NCBI GenBank assembly: GCA_963829055.1
Contig: CAWHHI010000011.1
Span: forward strand, 320,001 to 384,000
Length of the DNA stretch: 64,000 nucleotides
Origin: an uncultured Gemmatimonadaceae bacterium
GTDB taxonomy: Bacteria > Gemmatimonadota > Gemmatimonadetes > Gemmatimonadales > Gemmatimonadaceae
Direction: 5' to 3'
Part shown: in pieces, positions 9,674 to 19,009 of the stretch
How the letters are laid out: the number at the start of each line of letters is the position of its first letter
How positions within the stretch are numbered: the stretch's first letter is position 1
The notes under the pieces: model-generated
Told to the model about the DNA's origin: nothing
Databases searched by the model: none
What the model saw: the letters and a program-made list of their open reading frames with translations, nothing else
Position numbers and translations under genes: made by a program

Positions 9674-10672
9674 CGTACACGACCTCGAGTGTTGGCCGTG
9701 AAGTGTCGCGCTTGCCCGTCATGTCGAACGTCGTCGCAGGCTCGAGCACCACGCCTCGCCCAACCGCATCGCCCTTGAATAGACCGAGCAGGTCGTCGTG
9801 GGTGAGCGGGTTCGGACGAAGCGGTGGCGCGGTCGCGACGTTGGCCGCGAGCATCTCGAACATCGGCGCCCCACTCGTCCGCCCGGACGGCCGACGATCT
9901 CGTAGTTCGCGCTTTTGCGTCGGATGTCGTCGTGCGCTGGAATCGCCGACAACACCGGTATGCCGGCCCGCTCCGCGAACGCCTGCGCTTCGCCGGTGCC
10001 ATCGTCCTTGTTGATCACGAGGCCCGCGACGCCCACGTTCCCGCCAAGCTTTCGGAAATACTCGACGGCCGAGCACACGTTGTTCGCGACGTACAGCGAC
10101 TGCAGGTCGTTGCTGCCGACGACGATGACCTTCTGGCACATGTCGCGCGCGATCGGCAGGCCGAAGCCGCCACAGACGACGTCGCCGAGGAAGTCGAGCA
10201 GCACGAAGTCGAAGCCCCACTCGTGAAAGCCAAGCTTCTCCAGCAGCTCGAACCCGTGGATGATGCCGCGGCCACCGCATCCGCGACCGACTTCCGGGCC
10301 GCCGAGCTCCATCGCGAACACGCCGTCGCGCTTGAAGCACACGTCGCCGATCTGTACGTCCTCGCCGGCGAGCTTCTTCTTCGACGACGTCTCGATGATG
10401 GTCGGACACGCACGGCCGCCGAACAGCAGCGACGTCGTGTCACTCTTCGGATCGCATCCGATGAGCAGCACCTTCTTGCCCTGCTGCGCCATCATGTACG
10501 ACAGGTTCGCGAGCGTGAAGCTCTTTCCGATTCCACCTTTGCCGTAGATCGCGATGATCTGCGTCTCTTTGGTGGCCGGAGCGGTGTGCACCGGATCGGG
10601 CTCCGTCGCCGCTTCTGCCGCGACTGACCTCCGGAGCGTGACCATCGCCGTGTTCGGGCCGCCGTCGATCAT
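9663..10672 (-). CDS. bchX: Chlorophyllide a reductase iron protein X (NifH-like), frameshift near 9875
   Basis: YGKGGIGKS, GGPEVGRGCGGRG, DFLGDVVCGGF; the C-terminus [10 protein letters not shown] is in another frame; ATGA overlap with the bchC stop. Confidence 0.95.
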
Positions 10673-11607
10673 GCGCACTGCCTCCAGTCCAGAATCATTT
10701 TCACGCATGCCGAGTCTTCGAATGCAGTCGCGTAGGCGACGTCGGCGGCGCGCGCGTCAACGCGGTGAGTGACGAGTCCGTCCAGGGACAGCGCGCCCGA
10801 GGTGACGAGATCGCGCACCGCTGCCATGTCCGCTGGCTGCCATTCGGCGGCGACGCGCAGACGCGCGCTCCGCATGAAGGCCGGCGGAAACTCGAACGAC
10901 ACGGGCGCTGCGTAGAACGCCGCGAGCACGAGCTCGCCGCGCGGCGCGAGGCGCGTGATGAGCGTGTCGATGAGCGAGGGGTCACCACTCACGTCACAGA
11001 TGCAGCGGTAGTCCCGACGTGGATCGCTGTCGGCATTGGCGACCGCGTAGCCGCGAGCGTCGAAGTGTCGTGCAGGATTCGATTCCCAGACGAGGGGCGG
11101 CGGTGCACCTAACGCGACGACGACGCGGGCAATCAGGCGGCCAAGTGCGCCGTGTCCGACGACGAGCTCGGGTGGTGTTGCTCCGTCGATGATCGCGTGA
11201 TACGCCGTGGCCGCGAGCGCGAAGAGTGCCGCTGTCTCACCGAGGGTCTCGGGCACCGCGATTGTTCGCGCTCCCGGTACGATCAACCGCGACGCCGTTC
11301 CACCGAAGAGGCAGCGCGCGTCCGTGAAGCACCGCGCGCCTGGCACGAACACCATGTCGCCCGCTTCACGCCCCGACTCGGCTCCAGCCTCGCTGATGCG
11401 CCCGACGGACTCGTAGCCGGGAACGAGCGGGTAGCCCATTCCGGGGAACGCGGGCATCGCGCCGGTCCAGAGTAGCCGTTCGGTCCCGGTGCTCACGCCA
11501 CTCCACTGCACGTCCACTACGACGTCGGCCGGGGTTGGCCGCGTCAGTGCGAGAGGTCGCACCGCGAGTGCACGAGGACGGTCGAAGACGACCGCGGTGG
11601 AGTTCAC
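10669..11607 (-). CDS. bchC: 3-hydroxyethyl bacteriochlorophyllide a dehydrogenase
   Basis: SGVSTGTERLLWTG, FPGMGYPLVPGYESVG, CVKMILDWR; directly upstream of bchX. Confidence 0.96.
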   Translation of the reverse strand: MNSTAVVFDRPRALAVRPLALTRPTPADVVVDVQWSGVSTGTERLLWTGAMPAFPGMGYPLVPGYESVGRISEAGAESGREAGDMVFVPGARCFTDARCLFGGTASRLIVPGARTIAVPETLGETAALFALAATAYHAIIDGATPPELVVGHGALGRLIARVVVALGAPPPLVWESNPARHFDARGYAVANADSDPRRDYRCICDVSGDPSLIDTLITRLAPRGELVLAAFYAAPVSFEFPPAFMRSARLRVAAEWQPADMAAVRDLVTSGALSLDGLVTHRVDARAADVAYATAFEDSACVKMILDWRQCA

Positions 11608-11641
11608 TTCCTGTTGCCTCCGGTCGGAAGGGTCAGGCGAG

Positions 11642-11685
11642 TGTCAATGTATATGTACACAAAAAATAGTCAATATAAGTTTACA
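11642..11685. promoter_or_regulatory. Tandem PpsR/CrtJ operator overlapping the bchC promoter
   Basis: TGT-CAATGTATATGT-ACA (11642-11659), 8-bp gap, AGT-CAATATAAGTTT-ACA (11668-11685); AT-rich island; sigma70-like TTGACT-N16-TACATT on the - strand. Confidence 0.88.
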
Positions 11686-11723
11686 GTAGACCACGACTGC
11701 GTCCGCTGGCGAACCCCTGGGAA

Positions 11724-12891
11724 TCACGCGATACCCACGACCACCCCGGCATGCACCGGGTATCGCGTACGCACGACGCGCGAGCGGCTGAAGCCGGCCT
11801 CTCGCAGCAACGATCGGAGCTCCTCGACCGTTCGCGCTCGGCCGCCACCCATGGCCGCGAGGTAGAAACCGAAATACACGTCACCCACCGCCCGCGCCCC
11901 ACGCACGCCGGCGAGCGCCTCCGCGATGATCACGCGACCGCCTGGCCGAAGGCTCGCGCGAACGCGGGCAAGTAGCGGCCGCACGGCATTGTCACTGTGA
12001 TCGAGCAGCACGCGCACCAGTGTGACCACATTGGCGCCAGAGGGAATCGCATTCTATATGAAAGTCCCCTCCCTCGAGCGTGACTCGGTCCGCGATTCCC
12101 ATCCGCGCGAGCCGTGTCTGCGCGCGCGCCACGACGGACGGCAGGTCGAACAACGTGAGGCGAACCGACGGATGGCGCGCCGCGACCGCGGCGACGAACG
12201 CGCCCTCGCCGCCGCCAACGTCGAGCAGCGACTGGCATCCATCGAGCGAGCAGACGTCGAGGACCTCCTCGGCGATCGGCTCGACGGTCGCGGTCATCAA
12301 CGCGCTGTACGGCGCGACCTCGTCATGCGGCAGCGAGTCGGGATGCGCCGACGACGCGTACGCGAAGAATCGCGAGATCGCCGTATCTCTACCGCGGTCG
12401 CCGCGCAGCACGGCGAGCGGATCAGTGAGCGTCGCGTAGAGGAGTCGATTGTGCTCGATCATCCGCGTGAGCCCGGGATTCGCGAGCAGTGGTCCACCGA
12501 GCGGACCGAGCCCGAATCGCCCAGCCGAGCGTCCTTGCAGAAGCCCGAGCGCCTCGGCGGCGCGCAGCAGTCGCCATACGCCTTCGATCGGCATCGACGT
12601 CGCGACAGCGATGTCCGCCGGCGCCAGGGGGCCGTGCGCCAGGAGCGTGAAGAGGTCGAGCCGAACACACGCATCGAGCGTCTGCGTGTACACAAACCCG
12701 GCACAGAGGTCGAACGCGGCCCGCGACCGTCGACGCGCGATGGCGCGAGTCAGCGGAAACGCGCCGGCCCAGCGCTGGAATGCCGGTGAGCGGACGAGCG
12801 CATCGCGAGCAGCGAGAATGCGATCTCGCAGCGTCAGACTTTCGGCGGCCCGCATACGTGCGGGCGTGAGCACGGTGTCCGCGATCGTCAT
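11724..12891 (-). CDS. crtF: Hydroxyneurosporene/demethylspheroidene O-methyltransferase, +1 indel near 12053
   Basis: FQRWAGAFPLTR..AFDLCAGFVYTQ, LLDVGGGEGAF, DVYFGFYLAAMGGGRAR; upstream of bchC as in canonical clusters. Confidence 0.9.
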
Positions 12892-12923
12892 CGGTCAGGC
12901 GATGATACGGCCCGCCGGTGATA

Positions 12924-12967
12924 TGTCAAGCTTCGTTTACTGTTTTTCGTGTACGCATATTGCGACA
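12924..12967. promoter_or_regulatory. Tandem PpsR/CrtJ operator in the crtF/bchI divergent promoter
   Basis: TGT-CAAGCTTCGTTT-ACT (12924-12941), 8-bp gap, TGT-ACGCATATTGCG-ACA (12950-12967). Confidence 0.85.
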
Positions 12968-13012
12968 CACCGGTCATTGTCGTACCGTACGGCGTCGCCC
13001 ACCAAGGATCCT

Positions 13013-14041
13013 GTGCGCCACGTCTATCCGTTCTCCGCGATCGTCGGACAGGATGAGATGAAGGCGGCCCTCCTCGCCGCCGCCGTGGATCCGACCATCG
13101 GCGGCGTCCTGATCCTGGGCGAGCGCGGCACCGGGAAGTCGACCGCGGTGCGCGCGCTGGCGGCGCTGCTTCCGGCGATCTCCGTCGTCACGGGATGTCG
13201 TTTCGGCTGCGACCCGACCGCGAACGGTTCGCGATGCGATGAGTGTCACGCGCGCATCGCCGGCGGCGAACGGCTGACTCGCCGCCCCGCCGCCATCCCG
13301 GTCGTGGACCTCCCGCTCGGTGCCACGGAGGATCGCGTCGTCGGCGCACTCGATCTGGAGCGCGCGCTCAGCCGCGGCGAGCGCGCCTTCGAGCCCGGGT
13401 TGCTGGCGCGCGCGCATCGCGGCTTCCTGTACGTCGACGAGGTGAACCTGCTCGAGGATCATCTCGTCGACCTGCTGCTCGATGTCGCGGCGACCGGCGA
13501 GAACGTCGTCGAGCGCGATGGGCTGAGTCTCCGGCATCCAGCGCGCTTCGTCCTCGTCGGTAGCGGGAATCCCGAAGAAGGCGAGTTGCGCCCGCAGCTG
13601 CTGGATCGCTTTGGCCTTGCCGTTACGGTCGGCACGCCCACGAACCTCGCCGAGCGCGTCGAGATCGTTAGGCGTCGCGACGAGTACGACCGCGACGCCG
13701 CCGCCTTCGCCCAGCGATGGACGCGCGCCGAGGCGTCGCTGCGTCGCCGCATCCAGCGCGCGCGGGCGCTCGTTACACGAGTCGAGGTCCCTGACGCCGT
13801 GATGCAGAAAGCAGCGGAGCTCTGCGCGAGACTGCAGACCGACGGCCTGCGTGGCGAGCTGACACTGTTGCGGGTCATGCGGGCGCTGGCGGCGCTCGAC
13901 GCAGTCACCGTGGTTACCACGGATCATCTCCGGCGCGTCGCCACGATGGCGCTCGGTCATCGACTGCGCCGCGACCCGCTCGACGAGACCCGGGCGACCG
14001 CGCGCGTCGACCGCGCCGTCGCCGAGATGCAGCGTGCCTAA
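13013..14041 (+). CDS. bchI: Magnesium chelatase ATPase subunit I
   Basis: YPFSAIVGQDEMK, Walker A GERGTGKST, LPLGATEDRVVG, YVDEVNLL, GNPEEGELRPQLLDRFG; GTG start after AAGGA. Confidence 0.95.
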   Translation: MRHVYPFSAIVGQDEMKAALLAAAVDPTIGGVLILGERGTGKSTAVRALAALLPAISVVTGCRFGCDPTANGSRCDECHARIAGGERLTRRPAAIPVVDLPLGATEDRVVGALDLERALSRGERAFEPGLLARAHRGFLYVDEVNLLEDHLVDLLLDVAATGENVVERDGLSLRHPARFVLVGSGNPEEGELRPQLLDRFGLAVTVGTPTNLAERVEIVRRRDEYDRDAAAFAQRWTRAEASLRRRIQRARALVTRVEVPDAVMQKAAELCARLQTDGLRGELTLLRVMRALAALDAVTVVTTDHLRRVATMALGHRLRRDPLDETRATARVDRAVAEMQRA

Positions 14042-15866
14042 CGCTTCACCGGTCGCCACGGCAACGAGCGCGTCGGACACGATCGAGGATACGGGCCTCG
14101 CCGATTCGACGCTCGTCACCTCGCTGCTCGCCGTGGACCCACACCTGGGCGGCGCAGTACTCCGCGTCGGGGATCAGGACGCCTGCCGGTGGTGGCTCGA
14201 GCGATTGCATGGCCAACGGGGCCTCGCGTCGCCGGTGAGACGCGTTCCCATCGGCATCTCGGACGACCGGCTCATCGGCGGTATCGATCTCGCTGCATCA
14301 CTGGCCGCGCGACGACGCGTCGCCGCTCGCGGACTGCTCGCGCAGGCCGACGGGGGCACGCTCGTCGTCCCGTTCGCCGATCGCGTGAACGCGGCCACGG
14401 TATGGCACATCGCCGCTGCGGTCGATACGAGCCTCGTATCCGTGGAGCGTGATGGGATCACCGCCCGTGATGATGCCGCGGTCGTCGTAATCGCGCTCAT
14501 CTCGCCCGATCGCGATGCCGACGACGAACCGCGCGTGCACGACTCGTGGCGCGAGCGGCTGGCCTTCGACGTCCGCATCGAGCGGACGACATTGGACGCG
14601 CCGCCGCCCGCCTCGGCTATCGCGCTCGCACAGGCGCGCCTGCCGACGGTCGTACATGACGCGGACGCGATCATGGCCGTCTGTCGCGCCGCGCTGGTGC
14701 TCGGAGTGCAGTCGGTGCGGGCATCGGTCCTCGCGCTGCGCGCGGCACGAGCCCACGCAGCGCTCGCCGGCAGACGCGATGTGACGGCGTCGGACCTGAT
14801 GGTCGCCGCGCGGCTGGTGCTCGCCCCTCGCGCGCAGCCACACGAGACGCTCGAGTCGTCCACATCGTCGACACCAGGCGACAACGGCTCGCCTAACGAG
14901 CAGCCGCCAGCATCATCGCGGGAGCCGGGCGACGCGGCGTCCTCGCAGCAAGAGAGCGCGCCGTCGTCCTTGACCGACATCGTCGTGGCCGCTGCCCGTG
15001 CGTCGATTCCGGCAGACCTCCTCACCCGAACCGCGCGGGGCGCCGCAGCCAAAGCGCGTCGCGCTGGCCGGAGCGGCGCCGATCACGCGTCGGCACAACG
15101 CGGACGACAGATCGGCGTGCGACGCGGGGAGCTGCGGTCTGGTCGCCTCGACATCGTGGCGACGCTACAGGCAGCGGCTCCGTGGCAGCGCCTGCGCGGC
15201 ACGTCACGCCGTGACGGCAATGGGCGCGACGGCAATGGGCCGGACAACCTCGCGATCACGAAGGATGACTTCCGCCTGCGCCGCTTTCGCCATCGCGCCG
15301 CTACCACGACGGTGTTCGTGGTCGACGCATCTGGGTCATCAGCGCGGGCGCGGCTGGCAGAGGCGAAAGGCGCCGTCGAGCTGCTGCTCGCCGCGAGCTA
15401 CGCAAGGCGCGACCGTGTGAGCCTCATCGCGTTCGGCGGCAGAGCCGCGCGCTGCGTGCTCCCGCCGACGCGCGCGCTCGCGAGAGCGCGCCGCGAGTTG
15501 GCGAGCCTTGCCGCAGGCGGCGGAACACCGCTCGCGAATGGTCTCGACCTCGCGCGCGAGGCAGCAGCCGCCGCTACCGCAACGGGCGACGACGCGCTCA
15601 TTGTCGTGCTCACCGATGGCGGCGCGAACATCGCCCGCGACGGTGCCGCAGGTCGCGAGCGGGCCATGCGCGATGCGCTCGACTCGGCGCGCCGCCTGCG
15701 CGCGCTCGGCGCGGACGCGCTGGTGATCGATTGTGCGGTCCGTCCGAGCACCGCCGCTCGCGAGATCGCGTTGGCCATGGGCGCCCGACATGCGTGGCTT
15801 CCGCGCGCGGACGCCCGCGCGGTGCACGGCATCGTGAGCGCAGCACGACGGCAGCCCGCACCGTGA
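14034..15866 (+). CDS. bchD: Magnesium chelatase subunit D
   Basis: Degenerate AAA domain (DDRLIGGIDL), Pro/Ser linker, ATLQAAAPWQ, vWA MIDAS motif VDASGS, GGGTPLA. Confidence 0.92.
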   Translation: MPNASPVATATSASDTIEDTGLADSTLVTSLLAVDPHLGGAVLRVGDQDACRWWLERLHGQRGLASPVRRVPIGISDDRLIGGIDLAASLAARRRVAARGLLAQADGGTLVVPFADRVNAATVWHIAAAVDTSLVSVERDGITARDDAAVVVIALISPDRDADDEPRVHDSWRERLAFDVRIERTTLDAPPPASAIALAQARLPTVVHDADAIMAVCRAALVLGVQSVRASVLALRAARAHAALAGRRDVTASDLMVAARLVLAPRAQPHETLESSTSSTPGDNGSPNEQPPASSREPGDAASSQQESAPSSLTDIVVAAARASIPADLLTRTARGAAAKARRAGRSGADHASAQRGRQIGVRRGELRSGRLDIVATLQAAAPWQRLRGTSRRDGNGRDGNGPDNLAITKDDFRLRRFRHRAATTTVFVVDASGSSARARLAEAKGAVELLLAASYARRDRVSLIAFGGRAARCVLPPTRALARARRELASLAAGGGTPLANGLDLAREAAAAATATGDDALIVVLTDGGANIARDGAAGRERAMRDALDSARRLRALGADALVIDCAVRPSTAAREIALAMGARHAWLPRADARAVHGIVSAARRQPAP

Positions 15867-15873
15867 CGACATC

Positions 15874-16686
15874 ATGAGTATGGGTGTCACGCCGGTGCCG
15901 CACAGCACCAACCGCGTCGACCGCGCCGCGCGGCGCGGTGGTGCAATCGGCGTGACGTTGGTGGTCGTGTTCTGGTGGCTCACGACCGGCGTGCTGCTCG
16001 CGGCGCAGCGCAGCGACGCGACTCGCGTGCTGGCACTCGTTGCAACGTCGGTACTCGCGATTGTCGGCGGGTACTGGATCGCGGGTGCGCGGACGGACAG
16101 TACGCCGGCAGGCGTGACGCGGTCTTTCTTTGGTGGTGCCATGCTGTGGTTCTGGGTCGCCGCAACGTTGTATGGCGGCTGGATCGTCGGCGTGAGCGTG
16201 CCTGCACCCGCCGGTGACATCTCCCGCCTCGCGCTCGCGAGTCAGGCAATCGCCGCCACGATCTACAACGACGTCCTCGGCCTCATCGTCATTGCCGTTG
16301 CCTTCGTGCTGTCGCGCGGCGGCACCACGCATACGGGCGCGTGGACGGTCGTGACATTCTGGTCTGCGCATCAGATCGCGAAGCTGAACGTGTTTGCGGG
16401 CGTCGCGCACGCGGGGAGCGAGTACCTGCCTCCCTATCTCGATCATTTGCGGCGCTACTTCGGACCGGAAGTCAACTCGCCGCTCCTCGGCCTGTCGATC
16501 ATGGTGATGGCAGCGGCCGCCGTTGCTCTCGTCCTCCGAGCCAGGCGCGACGGACGGCCAGCCGCGCGCCGACAGTCCCTCCTGCTCGCGGCGTTAATTG
16601 CGCTCGCGCTGCTCGAGCACGTGCTGCTGGGAATCGGCACCGGGGGCGCACTCTGGACGATGTTCGTCGTGCGTGGGCGGGTTTGA
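15874..16686 (+). CDS. puhE: PuhE/DUF3623 photosynthetic-complex assembly membrane protein
   Basis: FWWLTTG, AKLNVFAGV..EYLPPYLDHLRRYF, LALLEH motifs; multiple TM segments. Confidence 0.8.
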   Translation: MSMGVTPVPHSTNRVDRAARRGGAIGVTLVVVFWWLTTGVLLAAQRSDATRVLALVATSVLAIVGGYWIAGARTDSTPAGVTRSFFGGAMLWFWVAATLYGGWIVGVSVPAPAGDISRLALASQAIAATIYNDVLGLIVIAVAFVLSRGGTTHTGAWTVVTFWSAHQIAKLNVFAGVAHAGSEYLPPYLDHLRRYFGPEVNSPLLGLSIMVMAAAAVALVLRARRDGRPAARRQSLLLAALIALALLEHVLLGIGTGGALWTMFVVRGRV

Positions 16687-16789
16687 CCTGCTTCCCGCAG
16701 CCGGGCAGACAATCCGTGCTTGACATCAATGCGTCGTGGCGGGAACATGGCACCGTCGCCGTACGGATTCACCCAGGGGTAACGCCACC

Positions 16790-18991
16790 ATGAACGCACC
16801 GTCGGAGCATCCTGCGTTCGGCTCAGCTGATCTGTCGAACTGCGAGCGTGAGCTGATTCACCTCGCCGGTTCAATTCAGCCGAGTGGTGCGCTGCTTGTC
16901 GTTCGCGAACCCGATTTCACGGTCGTTCAGGCGAGCGAGAACGCGCCAACGATTCTCGGTCTCAGCATTCCGACGCTGGTCGGAACATCGTTGGACGCCC
17001 TGGACAGCGATCTCGCGAAACAGGTGCGGACGCTATCGCAATCGGCCTTACTCGGCATGCCGAGTCCGTTGCGGTGCTACATCGCGACAGTCTCCGGCCG
17101 TCGTCAGTTCGACGTCGCGATCCATCGAGCCGGCCACGCTGGCATCGTGATCGAGCTCGAGCCGAGAGAGATACAGGCGGACGGGTCTGATCGGAACGCG
17201 GTGGGGCTCGCGCGCACGCTCACGGGAATGATCGCCGACATCGGCTCCGCGCCGACGATCGACACGCTCTGCGATGCCGTCGTGACGCACTTCCGGACGC
17301 TCGCTGGCTACGATCGCGTGATGGTCTACAAGTTCGACGAGGACGGTCACGGCGAGGTCGTTGCCGAAGCGCGCGACCCGCGTTTCGAGCCGTTCCTCGG
17401 CCTCCACTATCCGGCGTCGGACATCCCGCAGCGCGCACGCGACCTGTACATGCGGAATCGCGTGCGCGTGCTCGTGGACGTCTACTACCGCCCCGTGCCG
17501 GTCGAGCCGCGCATCTCGCCCGTGACGGGCGACGAGCTCGATATGTCGCAGTGCCATCTGCGGAGCATGTCCCCGCTGCACCTGCAGTACCTGCAGAACA
17601 TGGGCGTCACGGGGACACTCGTCGCCTCGCTCGTTAGGCAGGGGCGACTCTGGGGCTTGGTGGCGTGCCATCACTACGAGCCCAAGGTCGTTCCGTACGA
17701 CCTCCGGGCCGCGTGCGAGCTGCTCGCCGAAGTCGTGTCCACACGCATCTCTGCGCTCGAGAACTACGCGCAGGCACACGCCGAGCTGCTGGTGCGAAAG
17801 CTGGAGCGACGTCTCATCGATGCCACCGCGACAACCGGTGACTGGCGACTGGCGTTGTTCAATCAGCCGCAGACGCTGCTCCGAGCCGTCGAGGCCACGG
17901 GCGCCGCGTTGTTCCACGAAGGCGAGGTGCTCACCGCGGGTGAGACGCCAACGGTGGAAGAGGTGCGCGCGGTGTGCGAGTGGCTCTCGAAAGAATCCAC
18001 CGAGCCGCTGTTCTTCTGTTCGTCCATCGCACGGTTGAATCCGGATTTCGCATCGCTCTCCGCGACGGCCAGCGGCATTCTCGCCGTCGCGCTCGCACCG
18101 AGTGATGGCGAATACCTCATCTGGTTCCGCCGTGAGCAACCTCGGTCCGTCACCTGGGCAGGAAATCCGAACAAGCCGTTCGTCGTCGGGAATCATCCGC
18201 GCGACCTTTCGCCGCGGAGGTCGTTTGCGGCGTGGAGTGAGCTGGTTCGTGACACGGCGCGGCCGTGGTCCACGTCGGAGCTCGCGACGGCGAGCGCGAT
18301 TCGCTCATCGCTCGTTGATCTCGTGCTGCAGATCCGGTCGGTGCGCGTTCTCATCGTCGAACGGCAGGCAGCGCGGGCCCGCACCGCGGTGGAGACCGCG
18401 CCCGAGCCTGTAGTGATCGCCGGCGCCGACGGGCGCATCATGCTCGCCAACCAGGCGTTCAACAACCTGTTCACGCGGCCCAAGGGTCATGTCACCACGC
18501 TCGCTGACCTTCCGGCGCTGTTCGCGGAACCTGACCGCGTGCGTGGCGTGCTGCAGCGCCTGCGTGAAGATGGACAGCCATGGCGCGGCGAGCTGACCCT
18601 GGCGAAGACCGTCAGTCGTGGCGCACAGCTCGCGCTGCGCGCCGATCCCGTGCCGACCGCGAACGCAGAAATGCTCGGCTTCGTGCTGATCTTCACTGAT
18701 CGCTCGGAGCGCCGGGAGGCGGAGGCCACGCGCCGTCGTCTCGAGCACACGCCGGCCGACAGCTACCGATCACCACTCGGCGGAGTGGCCGCGGCCGCCA
18801 TGGACGACTACGATCATCTCGTCGCGGCGATCCTCGGCAACGCGAGCGCCGCGGTACTGGAGATTACGGAGTCCACCACCGATACGCCCATCGGGAATCT
18901 GATCCGGGAAGTCGAATCGGCGGCCCGCCGCGCGACGGACCTCGGCGAGCAGATCCTGAATTATTCGGCGCGGCCGGTCGGCAAGAACTGA
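16790..18991 (+). CDS. bphP: Bacteriophytochrome of RpBphP1/BrBphP1 architecture (PAS-GAF-PHY-PAS-helical output, no kinase)
   Basis: PAFGSADLSNCERELIHLAGSIQP with the biliverdin-binding Cys; PASDIP, HLQYL, WAGNP, PRRSF; C-terminal PAS/PAC and no HATPase; ~733 aa. Confidence 0.93.
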   Translation: MNAPSEHPAFGSADLSNCERELIHLAGSIQPSGALLVVREPDFTVVQASENAPTILGLSIPTLVGTSLDALDSDLAKQVRTLSQSALLGMPSPLRCYIATVSGRRQFDVAIHRAGHAGIVIELEPREIQADGSDRNAVGLARTLTGMIADIGSAPTIDTLCDAVVTHFRTLAGYDRVMVYKFDEDGHGEVVAEARDPRFEPFLGLHYPASDIPQRARDLYMRNRVRVLVDVYYRPVPVEPRISPVTGDELDMSQCHLRSMSPLHLQYLQNMGVTGTLVASLVRQGRLWGLVACHHYEPKVVPYDLRAACELLAEVVSTRISALENYAQAHAELLVRKLERRLIDATATTGDWRLALFNQPQTLLRAVEATGAALFHEGEVLTAGETPTVEEVRAVCEWLSKESTEPLFFCSSIARLNPDFASLSATASGILAVALAPSDGEYLIWFRREQPRSVTWAGNPNKPFVVGNHPRDLSPRRSFAAWSELVRDTARPWSTSELATASAIRSSLVDLVLQIRSVRVLIVERQAARARTAVETAPEPVVIAGADGRIMLANQAFNNLFTRPKGHVTTLADLPALFAEPDRVRGVLQRLREDGQPWRGELTLAKTVSRGAQLALRADPVPTANAEMLGFVLIFTDRSERREAEATRRRLEHTPADSYRSPLGGVAAAAMDDYDHLVAAILGNASAAVLEITESTTDTPIGNLIREVESAARRATDLGEQILNYSARPVGKN

Positions 18992-19009
18992 CGCGGCGTT
19001 AGGCCTGGG

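Noticed and set aside
6655..10672. NifH/NifDK-like genes suggesting nitrogenase
   Set aside because: The motifs and the bchC-X-Y-Z order identify chlorophyllide reductase; there are no nif accessory genes.
11995..12015. CrtF RVLLDH lacking the usual O-methyltransferase His, suggesting inactivation
   Set aside because: As I recall this position varies among CrtF proteins, so loss of function cannot be claimed without an alignment.
12449..13012. 188-aa N-terminal extension of BchI
   Set aside because: It is the antisense shadow of crtF; BchI similarity and an RBS begin at GTG 13013.
16708..16747. PpsR or FNR site upstream of bphP (TTGACATCAA; TGC-N12-ACA)
   Set aside because: The FNR spacing TTGAT-N4-ATCAA is not met and there is no 8-bp tandem pair. 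Only a lone TTGACA -35-like hexamer is supportable.
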